A DNA stretch of 64,000 nucleotides from Candidatus Onthoplasma sp. (GTDB taxonomy: Bacteria; Bacillota; Clostridia; Christensenellales; UBA1242): the NCBI GenBank assembly GCA_045578345.1, contig JAZNKB010000003.1, positions 82,604-146,603 of the forward strand, written 5' to 3'. Below the pieces are notes generated by a model. It was not told the origin of the DNA, did no database searches, and saw only the letters and a list, made by a program, of their open reading frames with translations. The translations under genes and the position numbers were made by a program. Positions 9,587 through 18,333 of this stretch are shown here, piece by piece. Positions within the stretch are counted from its first letter, which is position 1. Each line of letters starts with the position of its first letter.

Positions 9587-10969
9587 ATATTGAATACTTC
9601 CAACAGTGCGCGGATAAAGTTCAACGTCACGGATATTTGTGATGCCTGTTAAATACATAACAAGACGTTCAAAGCCAAGACCATAACCAGCATGAACATT
9701 TGTTCCGTAACGGCGAGTGTTAACATACCATGCATAGTCCTCTTCACGTAAACCAAGTTCTTTAATGCGGTTTGTGAGCACTTCTAATCTTTCTTCTCTT
9801 TGACTTCCTCCACAAAGTTCCCCAATTCCAGGAACTAGCATATCAACTGCAGCAACAGTTTTTCCGTCATCATTTTGGCGCATATAGAAAGCTTTAATAT
9901 CTTTTGGATAATTTTTCAAGAATACTGGTTTTTTGAAAACTTCTTCCGTAATATATCTTTCATGTTCGCTTTGAAGGTCGGTTCCCCAACTTACAGGGAA
10001 TGTGAAACGGTCCTTTACCTTTTCCAAAATTGAAATTGCTTCAGTATAGTCAAGACGGACAAATTCATTGTTAACTATGTTGTTAAGTCTATCAATCAAT
10101 CCTTTATCAACAAATTTATTCAAGAATTCCATTTCATCCTTACATTCTTTCAAAACATAAGAAATAACATATTTAACCATTTCTTCTTCATTGTCCATAA
10201 GTCCATCAAGGTCACAGAAACAAATTTCAGGTTCCATCATCCAGAATTCTGCAGCATGACGAGTTGTGTTGCTGTTTTCCGCCCTGAATGTTGGGCCAAA
10301 TGTGTAAGTCTTACCAAATGCATGTGTGATACATTCTTCGTGAAGTTGGCCAGAAACTGTCAAACTTACTTTCTTTCCAAAGAAATCTCTATCGTAACTT
10401 ACTTTTCCACTGCTTGCAACTCTATCTAAATCTAATGTGGTCACTTGGAACATTTCACCCGCACCTTCACAGTCGTTTGCTGTGATAATTGGAGTATTTA
10501 AGTAAACAAAGTTTCTTTCGTTAAAGAATTTGTGAATTGCAAAAGCCGCAACTGAACGAACTCTAAACACGGCATTAAATAAATTTGTTCTAGGTCTAAG
10601 AGTTGGCATTGTACGCAAGAATTCAATTGAATGACCTTTCTTTTGAAGTGGATAATCCGCTTCGCTTTCACCCAAAACAACAACACTTTCAGCACTTATT
10701 TCAAAAGGTTGTTTGGCGTTAGGTGTGAGAACCAACTTTCCATGAACTTCAAAAGATGAACCAACATTTTGTTTAACAATTTCGTCATAGTTGTTAACTT
10801 TTTCTCTTTCAACAACAACTTGAACAGACTTAAAAGCTCCATCATTGATTTCAACAAAGGCAATGTTTTTGCTGTCTCTAATTGTTCTTGCCCAACCACA
10901 AATTGTGATTGTTTTGTCTGCATATTCAGTATATATTTTGTGTAAATCTCTAATTTCAACTCTTTGCAC
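9584..10969 (-). CDS. asnS: asparaginyl-tRNA synthetase
   Basis: 461 aa class IIb aaRS. Motif 2 [21 protein letters not shown], motif 3 GYGLGFERL. Confidence 0.92.
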   Translation of the reverse strand: MQRVEIRDLHKIYTEYADKTITICGWARTIRDSKNIAFVEINDGAFKSVQVVVEREKVNNYDEIVKQNVGSSFEVHGKLVLTPNAKQPFEISAESVVVLGESEADYPLQKKGHSIEFLRTMPTLRPRTNLFNAVFRVRSVAAFAIHKFFNERNFVYLNTPIITANDCEGAGEMFQVTTLDLDRVASSGKVSYDRDFFGKKVSLTVSGQLHEECITHAFGKTYTFGPTFRAENSNTTRHAAEFWMMEPEICFCDLDGLMDNEEEMVKYVISYVLKECKDEMEFLNKFVDKGLIDRLNNIVNNEFVRLDYTEAISILEKVKDRFTFPVSWGTDLQSEHERYITEEVFKKPVFLKNYPKDIKAFYMRQNDDGKTVAAVDMLVPGIGELCGGSQREERLEVLTNRIKELGLREEDYAWYVNTRRYGTNVHAGYGLGFERLVMYLTGITNIRDVELYPRTVGSIQY

Positions 10970-10983
10970 TTTAATTTTCTCCT

Positions 10984-11730
10984 TTAAATTAAATTTTCCT
11001 TTTTTAATACATTTTCAAGGAATTCGCCACTTTTTAAATATAAAATTTTTATTGGTTTGTAATCATTTAATTTTTCATTCCAAAGTTTAATATTTTTAAT
11101 CATCTTTTCGGTAAAGATTTTGTTATTTCCTCGATTATAACATCGTTGAGCATACTCTTGTTCTAAATTTTGTTCTGGAAATGCTATATAATATGGGATT
11201 TTGTTATCTTCATAGAATTTAAGTAAATCCCAGTGCATACTTGTTAAAACTATATCATAATATTTTCTAGCATTAACAATTGCATTATAATAATTTTGTG
11301 GCCACTCAGGATTTGCTGGTCGAATGGTTGTGCCTTTGCGTTTTTCAACATCTATATTTTCAAAACCTTCATTGATATGCTTATAATAACCGCTTTCCAT
11401 ATCTATTATGTTTTGATAGTGTTCTCCAAGCCAAGATTTTCCGATCGCACCAAATCCTGCAACAACAATTCCCTTTGATTTTATGTTTTTGTGATAATTT
11501 TCAATAATGTTTAAAGTTTCAATAACTTGTTTTCGATCAGAAACTTTTTCTTGTTCAGATAAGTTTTCGTAATCAGTTTTTATTTGCCTGTTCCATCTCT
11601 CAACTTTATCTTTTGGAATAGTAAGCGATCCATCTTCGTTTTGAATACAACAAGAATGTAGATATTTTTGCCATTTGGCCCACCTTTGATGTTCTTTAGA
11701 TGATAGCAATTCAACAAGTTCATCTTTCAT
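10984..11730 (-). CDS. P-loop NTPase/kinase-like protein of unknown function
   Basis: Walker [10 protein letters not shown]-terminal [11 protein letters not shown] helix. It starts 9 nt after the aspS stop and ends 14 nt before the asnS start. Confidence 0.7.
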   Translation of the reverse strand: MKDELVELLSSKEHQRWAKWQKYLHSCCIQNEDGSLTIPKDKVERWNRQIKTDYENLSEQEKVSDRKQVIETLNIIENYHKNIKSKGIVVAGFGAIGKSWLGEHYQNIIDMESGYYKHINEGFENIDVEKRKGTTIRPANPEWPQNYYNAIVNARKYYDIVLTSMHWDLLKFYEDNKIPYYIAFPEQNLEQEYAQRCYNRGNNKIFTEKMIKNIKLWNEKLNDYKPIKILYLKSGEFLENVLKKENLI

Positions 11731-11739
11731 ATTTAAACC

Positions 11740-13023
11740 TTATGGTGTGAGCCTATCTGGACCACGGAATAAGAACATTGATTCTTTAATGTTAGCAAGT
11801 TCTAACAAATTCATGGTTATTCTGTCTACTCCCAAACCAAATCCACCATGTGGAGGACAACCATATTTGAAGAATTGAAGATAGAATTCAACATCTTTAT
11901 CAAGACCTTTTTCTTTTGCTTGTTCTAACAAAATTTCATATCTATGTTCACGTTGCGCACCTGTTGTGATTTCAACACCTTTCCATATAAGGTCGTAACC
12001 TTGTGGAACTCCATCTTTTCTCATGTGATAGAACGCACGTTTTCTTGCACCAAAATCAGTAATGAAAATGAATTCATGACCATATTTTTCTTTTGCAAAT
12101 TGTTCACACATCTTTTCTGCTTCAGTTGTTAAGTCATCTTGTTCTTCTTTTGGGCATGTGTATCCATATCTTGCTTCTAATTCAGCATATAAATCCGCAA
12201 GTTTAACTCTTGGGAATGGGATTGTTGGAACAATAACCTCAACCCCGAACACTTCTTTAATTTGTTCACCATATTTTTCACTAACAACTTTAAGTGCGTA
12301 TGTCAAAAGTTCTTCTTCCATCACCATTACATCTTCAACACTTTCAATATTTGAAAATTCAAGATCAAAACCTGTGAATTCTGTTGCATGTTTTCTTGAA
12401 TGAGATTTTTCCGCCCTAAACACTGGACCACATTCAAAAATTCTTCCAAGTCCGCCTGCCATTGCCATTTGTTTATAGAATTGTGGGCTTTGAGCAAGAT
12501 ATGCTTTTGTGTCAAAATATTTAACTTCAAAAACTTCACTTCCGCTTTCACTTGCTGCACCTATAAGTTTTGGTGAGTGGATTTCAACAAATTCTTTTTC
12601 AACCAAAAACTCTCTCATTGCATTGACGAATGCTGTTTGAACTTTAAAGAGCAAAAGATTTCGTTCAGTTCTAAGGTCAATCCAACGATAATTTAATCTA
12701 TAATCAATTGTGCTGTCATCAGCAATTGGATTAGGTTCAGCATGGCTTGTGAGTTCTGCAAAATCAACCAAAACTTCTTGACCGCCCATTTTAACATATT
12801 CACTTTTAACCAATTCCCCTTGTACTCTAACTGTTGCACCAGGAACTAAGCGCAAAAACAATTCTCCAATTTCAGGATATTTAACTTTATCAATAAATAA
12901 TTGGATTTTACTTGAAAAATCTTTAACAACAATGAATTGCATATTCTTTTTGTCACGTACTGTGTCAACCATTGCATAAAAATCAACTCTTCCAACTTCT
13001 AATTTTGAAATTTGTGTAATCAT
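11740..13023 (-). CDS. aspS: aspartyl-tRNA synthetase, short (archaeal/eukaryal-like) type
   Basis: 427 aa. Motif 2 FRAEKSHSRKHATEFTGFDLE, motif 3 GFGLGVDRI. The upstream T-box carries a probable GAC specifier. Confidence 0.85.
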   Translation of the reverse strand: MITQISKLEVGRVDFYAMVDTVRDKKNMQFIVVKDFSSKIQLFIDKVKYPEIGELFLRLVPGATVRVQGELVKSEYVKMGGQEVLVDFAELTSHAEPNPIADDSTIDYRLNYRWIDLRTERNLLLFKVQTAFVNAMREFLVEKEFVEIHSPKLIGAASESGSEVFEVKYFDTKAYLAQSPQFYKQMAMAGGLGRIFECGPVFRAEKSHSRKHATEFTGFDLEFSNIESVEDVMVMEEELLTYALKVVSEKYGEQIKEVFGVEVIVPTIPFPRVKLADLYAELEARYGYTCPKEEQDDLTTEAEKMCEQFAKEKYGHEFIFITDFGARKRAFYHMRKDGVPQGYDLIWKGVEITTGAQREHRYEILLEQAKEKGLDKDVEFYLQFFKYGCPPHGGFGLGVDRITMNLLELANIKESMFLFRGPDRLTP

Positions 13024-13121
13024 AAAAATCTCCTTTATTTTTATTTAATAATTTTTTGCTTATGAGCAATGCAGTAACTCAACCATATCTACAGATATAA
13101 TTTCGCAATTTTTTGCGTTAG

Positions 13122-13335
13122 TAAAATAAAAAATGCCCTAACGCCAAACGCATTAGGACGATGAACTCTCACCGCGGTGCCACCTAATTTGTTGAGACAA
13201 CTCAACCACTTTAAAAACTGCAACCTAAATGGCTGTTTTTAAGACTAGGAAGTGTCTTTCACTAAGAGCGTGTTGATAAGTTCACACTATCCTTATCTCA
13301 CTTTGAATCGTTTTCTTAATTACTCTTTTCCGTTA
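13122..13335 (-). promoter_or_regulatory. T-box riboswitch leader (probable Asp specifier GAC)
   Basis: Read on the minus strand: GATGA and AGAGTA stem-I elements, specifier-loop GAAAGACA, T-box sequence AAATTAGGTGGCACCGCGGT. The terminator is CCTAATG-cgtttgg-CGTTAGG followed by T6. Confidence 0.85.
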
Positions 13336-13444
13336 TCATCTTAATGCCTTAATATTATCACGACAAAACAAATAAGTCAAGTCTTAGAAAATAAAATTTT
13401 CAAAAACAATAAAATTTTATCAACGCATAACAAATGTAATTATG

Positions 13445-13473
13445 TTTACAAATGTTAGTAAATATGATAAAAT
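13445..13473 (+). promoter_or_regulatory. sigma-A-type promoter placed for a leaderless transcript
   Basis: TTTACA, 17 nt, TAAAAT, then 6 nt to ATG 13480; no SD. Confidence 0.5.
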
Positions 13474-13479
13474 TGAATT

Positions 13480-14100
13480 ATGGAAAAATTAAACACTTCA
13501 TCCGATATAATTAAGTTCTTAAAATTCGGAAATTTAACTCAACCCTTTTTAGCTGACGATTATCTATTAGATAAAGTTATGCATGATTATAATGCTAAAC
13601 TTAATTTAAATGGAAAAGCAAATAAACTTGAAAGTTTGTATCTTTGGATTAATAAAAATATTATATATTCACAAGATTCAAATTTTCGCAATGAACATAA
13701 ATTCCAAAGAACTGCAAAAGAAATTTGGGAAAGTGGATTGGCTACAGGTTGCACGGATTTTTGCATTCTTTTTGCAACATTTGCTCGCCAAATTGGAATA
13801 CCAACAACTTTTCTTCACACCGCTGAAAAAAATTGGTTAAATAGGCTTAACAATAATAAAGATTATAAGTCTCATTATGGTCATAGTTTTTGTGAATGTT
13901 TTTATGGAGACAAGTGGATTTTGGTTGATCCAACTAAAGAAAAAATTCAAGAAGAATATGACGAAAAACTTATCAAGTTGAATTACTCAGTTGGTGGAAA
14001 TTTTGAGTTTGTTCCATATTTAAGAGACTTAGACTTAAAAGAAAAACAAACAGTGAATCAACATAATAAAATAATGGACGAAGTTTGTTATAATTTATAA
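13480..14100 (+). CDS. transglutaminase-like cysteine peptidase superfamily protein
   Basis: 206 aa. Catalytic-Cys context GLATGCTDFCILFATFAR, with later His/Asp (GHSFCECF, WILVDP). Confidence 0.65.
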   Translation: MEKLNTSSDIIKFLKFGNLTQPFLADDYLLDKVMHDYNAKLNLNGKANKLESLYLWINKNIIYSQDSNFRNEHKFQRTAKEIWESGLATGCTDFCILFATFARQIGIPTTFLHTAEKNWLNRLNNNKDYKSHYGHSFCECFYGDKWILVDPTKEKIQEEYDEKLIKLNYSVGGNFEFVPYLRDLDLKEKQTVNQHNKIMDEVCYNL

Positions 14101-14113
14101 AAGGAAATAAAAA

Positions 14114-14658
14114 ATGTTTGAAAAATTAAAAATCAAAACACCTGAAGATTTACTGAAATATTTCAAAGATAATATGAAATATGGATTTGTATATAGAAAC
14201 AAAGTCTTTTCGGATTTAGAATCAAATTTTCAATAAAATATGAATAAATTATATAAAATAAGATTAGGTGAAGATTTTATTAAAAACAAATATGGGGTAT
14301 GCTGGGATTTTGTGAGTTAGAAAGGTTGTTTTTTGAAACAAACAATATCGAACATGATTGTTATTTTATTGAAAGTTACTTAAACCAAAATGAAGGTGGT
14401 CCAACTCACACTTTTTCGTTATATAAAGAAAATAATAAGTGGTGTTGGTTTGAATTTAGTTGGTTCTATTATCGTGGAATTTGGAAATTCAATTCAAAAG
14501 AAGAAGCTTTAAAAAACATTGTTGAAAATTTTAAAAACTTTTATAATAACAAATTAATCAATATTAATTTATATAAAACATCCAAAGTTACTAAACGTTT
14601 AAATCCTTTTAAATTCGTTGACCATTGTTTAAATGTGGAAAAAATTAAATTAATCTAA
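14114..14658 (+). pseudogene. decayed transglutaminase-like paralog
   Basis: The reading frame from ATG 14114 hits an in-frame TAA at 14234 and resumes in the same frame up to KYGVCWDF. It then needs a +1 shift at the T4 run (14307-14310) to join ORF 14299-14658 (..CELERLFF..). Confidence 0.6.
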
Positions 14659-14670
14659 ACAATAAAGTTA

Positions 14671-14699
14671 TTGACAAAAATAAAATTTTTAACTATAAT
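14671..14699 (+). promoter_or_regulatory. consensus sigma-A promoter for the tRNA locus
   Basis: TTGACA, 17 nt, TATAAT. Confidence 0.7.
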
Positions 14700-14729
14700 G
14701 TAAAAATAAAAAAGGGTGCATGCTCAATA

Positions 14730-14767
14730 GCTGATGTGGCACAGTCGGTAGAGCACCGCCTTGGTAA
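14730..14767 (+). pseudogene. 5' half of a second tRNA-Thr(GGU), truncated after the anticodon loop
   Basis: GCTGATG-TG-GCACAGTCGGTAGAGC-A-CCGCC-TTGGTAA, then unrelated AT-rich sequence. There is no 3' anticodon-stem strand, T arm or acceptor. Confidence 0.6.
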
Positions 14768-14819
14768 AATTAAAATGAGCAAATTTTAAACTTAAAAAAT
14801 TATCTAAAAAAATCACTAT

Positions 14820-14896
14820 GCTGGCATAGCTCAGTAGGTAGAGCACTTGCTTGGTAAGCAAGAGGTTCGGCGGTTCGAGTCCGCTTGTCAGCTCCA
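14820..14896 (+). tRNA. tRNA-Thr (anticodon GGU), CCA encoded
   Basis: Acceptor GCTGGCA/TGTCAGC, D arm AGCTCAGTAGGTAGAGC, anticodon arm CTTGC-TTGGTAA-GCAAG, T arm GGCGG-TTCGAGT-CCGCT, then T-CCA. Confidence 0.9.
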
Positions 14897-14906
14897 TAAA
14901 AATTAA

Positions 14907-14950
14907 CCCTTAAAACCATCTATAAAATAGGCGATTTTAGGGGTTTTTTA
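14907..14950 (+). terminator. terminator after tRNA-Thr
   Basis: CCCTTAAAA ... TTTTAGGGG stem followed by a T-run. Confidence 0.5.
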
Positions 14951-14992
14951 TTTTTTTATTTTTTCACAAATTTTTCACACAAAAAAATATTT

Positions 14993-15144
14993 ACTGTCAA
15001 AAATAGATGCAAATGCTGTCAAAAAATCGATTAAAAAAGACCGAAAATCGCTCTACTCAACTTTCAGTCTAAAACGGCTAAAAACTCCCTAAAATCACCC
15101 TAAATGGTATCAACTGGTGTCAAACTACTGTCAATTACTGTCAG
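14993..15144 (+). repeat. cluster of five same-orientation (A/G)(C/G)TGTCA(A/G) iterons
   Basis: Copies at 14993, 15015, 15117, 15127 and 15137. The last three are spaced exactly 10 bp apart. Confidence 0.5.
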
Positions 15145-15151
15145 CGGTTTT

Positions 15152-15595
15152 TTATTGTAACCAGTTGGCATTTTCAACTTCATTCCAAATATCTTTCACG
15201 AGTTTTCCGTCAATTTGTGCTTTTTGCTCAAACTCTTCTATATCTTTAAATGTTTCATATTTGTCTGTATTCATTCCCCAAAATTCTACACCTTTATTTT
15301 CTGAACGCACTAATCCATATGTTACGCCATTATAAGTAAATTCCATTTCTCCGTAAAAATTATATCCATCAATGAAATCGTCAAAGTCAGGTGTAAATGG
15401 TTTTCCCTCTTTATACAATATTCTTGCTTTGTTTAAAGATATTAAGTTAGGACACATTACTCTATCTGGGAATTCTTCATGCATTCCACTATGGTCCCAT
15501 CCACAATTTGTACATTTATCTCCATTGCCAACATTATCTAAATATATAGTATTTCCACAAACTGGACAATTTGATTGAATCTTTTGATTATCCAT
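15152..15595 (-). CDS. zinc-ribbon (CPCC-like) protein, paralog A
   Basis: 147 aa. CPVCG..x..CTNCGW ribbon. Shares PNLISLNKA..L..EGKPF, KDIW and a C-terminal WLQ with 15707-16162. Confidence 0.75.
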   Translation of the reverse strand: MDNQKIQSNCPVCGNTIYLDNVGNGDKCTNCGWDHSGMHEEFPDRVMCPNLISLNKARILYKEGKPFTPDFDDFIDGYNFYGEMEFTYNGVTYGLVRSENKGVEFWGMNTDKYETFKDIEEFEQKAQIDGKLVKDIWNEVENANWLQ

Positions 15596-15706
15596 TATAT
15601 CTCCTTTTGCTTTTAACGATAGTCTTTGTTTATCTCTCTATTAAATTTGATATGTTCACATGTCCTCAAATTTAATTTTAATAAAAAACTCCTTCCATAT
15701 TTTTGA

Positions 15707-16162
15707 CTATTGCAACCAATATCTATCAGTCGTTTTCTCCCAAATGTCTTTTATATATTCATTTCCGATTTTAGCATTATTTTTAAAATCTTCATCATTA
15801 TTAAACTTTGTTATTTCCTTTGTTTGCGAATTATATAACGATATTTGTAGTTCTTTCTTTTTATCACAAATCAATTCAACTGCATAATAAACACCATCGT
15901 ATTCAAATTGCATTTCACTATACATGTGCAATGCTTCAATGAATTCATCTAAATTAGGCTCAAATGGTTTTCCCTCACTAAAAAGTTGCTTAGCTTTATT
16001 TAGTGATATTAAATTTGGCATTGAAATAATGTCGGGATTTTCTTCACTTAAGAAACAGTTCCACCATCCACAGAATGGGCATTCCCCTTGTTTGTAGATA
16101 TCAACATCTATTTCTTTATTACAAACTTCGCAATTCTTTCTATATCTTTGTTCGTTTTTCAT
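15707..16162 (-). CDS. zinc-ribbon (CPCC-like) protein, paralog B
   Basis: 151 aa. CEVCN..x..CPFCGW ribbon. Roughly 40 percent identical by eye to 15152-15595. Confidence 0.75.
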   Translation of the reverse strand: MKNEQRYRKNCEVCNKEIDVDIYKQGECPFCGWWNCFLSEENPDIISMPNLISLNKAKQLFSEGKPFEPNLDEFIEALHMYSEMQFEYDGVYYAVELICDKKKELQISLYNSQTKEITKFNNDEDFKNNAKIGNEYIKDIWEKTTDRYWLQ

Positions 16163-16174
16163 TGTATTCTCCTT

Positions 16175-16468
16175 TTAACAAAAATTTGGATTTGTCTTCT
16201 CTCCATTCGGACCTATATAAGGGGGTCTTGGATTCTTATCATTTTCCCAATCAACATAATGGTCGTGAGGCCATTCATGCTCTCCTCCGCCGTGCGCCCA
16301 GTCTCGATACCACTTTATTCTACCATCCGGACCATACCATCCTTGTTGTAAAAGCTTTTTGTTTTCATTGTATAAATCAATTCTGCTATTGGGTTTCCAT
16401 ATTCTCGGCAATGATCCAACTCTTCCTATTTTTGGTTCAATTCCGCCACTTGGTTTACACATTCCCAT
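16175..16468 (-). CDS. small Gly/Pro/Trp/His-rich protein with a YD-repeat-like segment
   Basis: 97 aa. GWYGPDGRIKWYRDWAHGGGEHEWPHDHY. The start codon overlaps the upstream stop (TAATG). Confidence 0.55.
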   Translation of the reverse strand: MGMCKPSGGIEPKIGRVGSLPRIWKPNSRIDLYNENKKLLQQGWYGPDGRIKWYRDWAHGGGEHEWPHDHYVDWENDKNPRPPYIGPNGEKTNPNFC

Positions 16469-17286
16469 TATAGCACCTCCTGTGGTAAAATTTCAAATGT
16501 TTTAGAAATGGTTTCTCCACCAATCCCCAACAATTTAAAATTTAAACTTTTTCCGTTTAAATTCTCCACTTTCAATGTCGTAAAAAATGGACCTATAACA
16601 TTATACTTAGTCTTGATTTTCACATTATCTAAATACCATTCAATTTTATCTGTAAATAATGATTCAATAGCGATAATTCCTTGATAATTGTCAACTAATA
16701 TAGATACAACTTTAGGAGCACCTAATATATTATCGTTTCTATTTATTTTAAACACTCTTTTCGCATCAGAATAAGATATTCTTTCCCAATCTACATTCTC
16801 ATAAGGATTATTTATAAATGGAATATTTCGTTGCTTAATTTCAATATTTTTTAGTCCAAACTTATCTAAATTTGCAACCACTTTCCATCTATAAATTCGA
16901 TTCCTTTGTTCAAAATCTAGTTGTGCCTTTGTTATACGCGAAGCAAACTGTAATTCATCACAATTGTTAACATTCATAAAATGCTTTTTAGCATTGTCTC
17001 CATAACCTAATCTTTCAGAATTCCTAATGTGTTTAACTCCATGACATTTACTACACAACGCAATAATGTCAACTAGAGTTTGAGTTTTTGTATTTATATC
17101 AAATTCCCAAACTTCATGAGCATCTAATTCTTCTGTTGCGAATCCGCAAATTTCACATTTATAATTTGCTTTTTTATAGCATTCTTTTCGCAAGACATCC
17201 CAATCTTTTTTAGACAAAAGAGTTCTTAGGTTGTTACCCCATGCTCCTTTAGGAATTAGTTCTATATCTAGTTTTAGTTTATTCAT
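16468..17286 (-). CDS. HNH-like zinc-finger nuclease-family protein with unknown C-terminal domain
   Basis: SD AGGAG lies 7 nt before ATG 17286. Pattern CEICG..x..H..x..CSKCHGVKH. Confidence 0.65.
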   Translation of the reverse strand: MNKLKLDIELIPKGAWGNNLRTLLSKKDWDVLRKECYKKANYKCEICGFATEELDAHEVWEFDINTKTQTLVDIIALCSKCHGVKHIRNSERLGYGDNAKKHFMNVNNCDELQFASRITKAQLDFEQRNRIYRWKVVANLDKFGLKNIEIKQRNIPFINNPYENVDWERISYSDAKRVFKINRNDNILGAPKVVSILVDNYQGIIAIESLFTDKIEWYLDNVKIKTKYNVIGPFFTTLKVENLNGKSLNFKLLGIGGETISKTFEILPQEVL

Positions 17287-17296
17287 ACACATTCTC

Positions 17297-18028
17297 CTAA
17301 ATTTCAGGGTATAATTCACCAGCAAGATATTTTTTAGTAAATTCAGTAATACCTATCTTTTTGATAAGTTCTTCTTTATTAAAAGGATCGATTCCTTTGA
17401 TATTTCCTTTCATTTCAGGAAATGGCGTTCCGTAACATATAATAGCGGAGGGTTGTATTATTTCCATCATTTTGTTGTAACCAAGCATAAAACCATCTTT
17501 ATTGTCCTCTCTAGTATAAGTTGAAACAGCAACAACAGACCCTTTTTCAACCCCATCAAAACAAAATTCCATACACGGAATAGAACCCCATGATATTGTT
17601 GGAATTACTTTCATTCCTTGTTTTTGCCAATATGCTCCACACCAACGATTTTTAAATACGCTATCTATTTGCCTTGCTAGCGGCATGTCTTTATATGTGC
17701 TAAATTCTGGTGTTAGCAACGCATAATATTGATCCAATTTTTCCATGGCTACTTCAGGCTTATCATATACTGAATTAAAATTCCAATCATATGTAAAAAA
17801 GTGAATAGTTTTATGTTTATTTTCTTCATCATTGAATTTTGTTTTTGAATAGTTTAACAACTCAATTTTGTCTAAATCAATATCTTGTTTTTTTATTAGA
17901 GGGATGCCGTATTTCCCGCATTTCTCAAATTCGTTTCGAACTAATCTTTGTTTTTTTTCTCGTTTTTCATCTTCATATTTTTTATCAACTGAATTTTCAT
18001 CATGTTGGTATATTGTTTGTTTATTCAT
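17297..18028 (-). CDS. DUF4417-like protein
   Basis: SD AAGGAG precedes ATG 18028. Segment HFFTYDWNF..LLTPEFSTY.DMP...Q....FKNRWCGAYWQKQGMKVIPTISWG matches my memory of the DUF4417 pattern. Confidence 0.6.
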   Translation of the reverse strand: MNKQTIYQHDENSVDKKYEDEKREKKQRLVRNEFEKCGKYGIPLIKKQDIDLDKIELLNYSKTKFNDEENKHKTIHFFTYDWNFNSVYDKPEVAMEKLDQYYALLTPEFSTYKDMPLARQIDSVFKNRWCGAYWQKQGMKVIPTISWGSIPCMEFCFDGVEKGSVVAVSTYTREDNKDGFMLGYNKMMEIIQPSAIICYGTPFPEMKGNIKGIDPFNKEELIKKIGITEFTKKYLAGELYPEI

Positions 18029-18298
18029 ATTTTTTCTCCTTAAAATTACAAAAGGTTGAAGATATTGCTCCAACCTTTTTTGTTTGCATATTAACACACT
18101 AACTTTTTAATTGATCTTAAATATGACAATATTTAATATTTTTACATCTCCATATCATCTTGTTTTTGTTTTCTTCGTTTTCGTTCTTCTAGTAAGTCAA
18201 AAAACATATCATCAAACTCTTCATCGGACATTTCAGCTAACACACTTTTCTTTTTAGAGCAATTTTATTTAATTTGTAATTAAACGAAAAAATTTTAA

Positions 18299-18327
18299 TT
18301 GACTTATTCAACTAAATTTGTTATCAT
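18299..18327 (+). promoter_or_regulatory. promoter placed for a leaderless licD transcript
   Basis: TTGACT, 17 nt, TATCAT, then 6 nt to ATG 18334; no SD. Confidence 0.55.
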
Positions 18328-18333
18328 TTTTTT

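Noticed and set aside
18142-18231. 29-codon minus-strand ORF (MSDEEFDDMFFDLLEERKRRKQKQDDMEM) just upstream of the DUF4417-like gene.
   Set aside because: No SD and no supporting motif. It could be real (a phage-like small protein), but the evidence is too thin to call.
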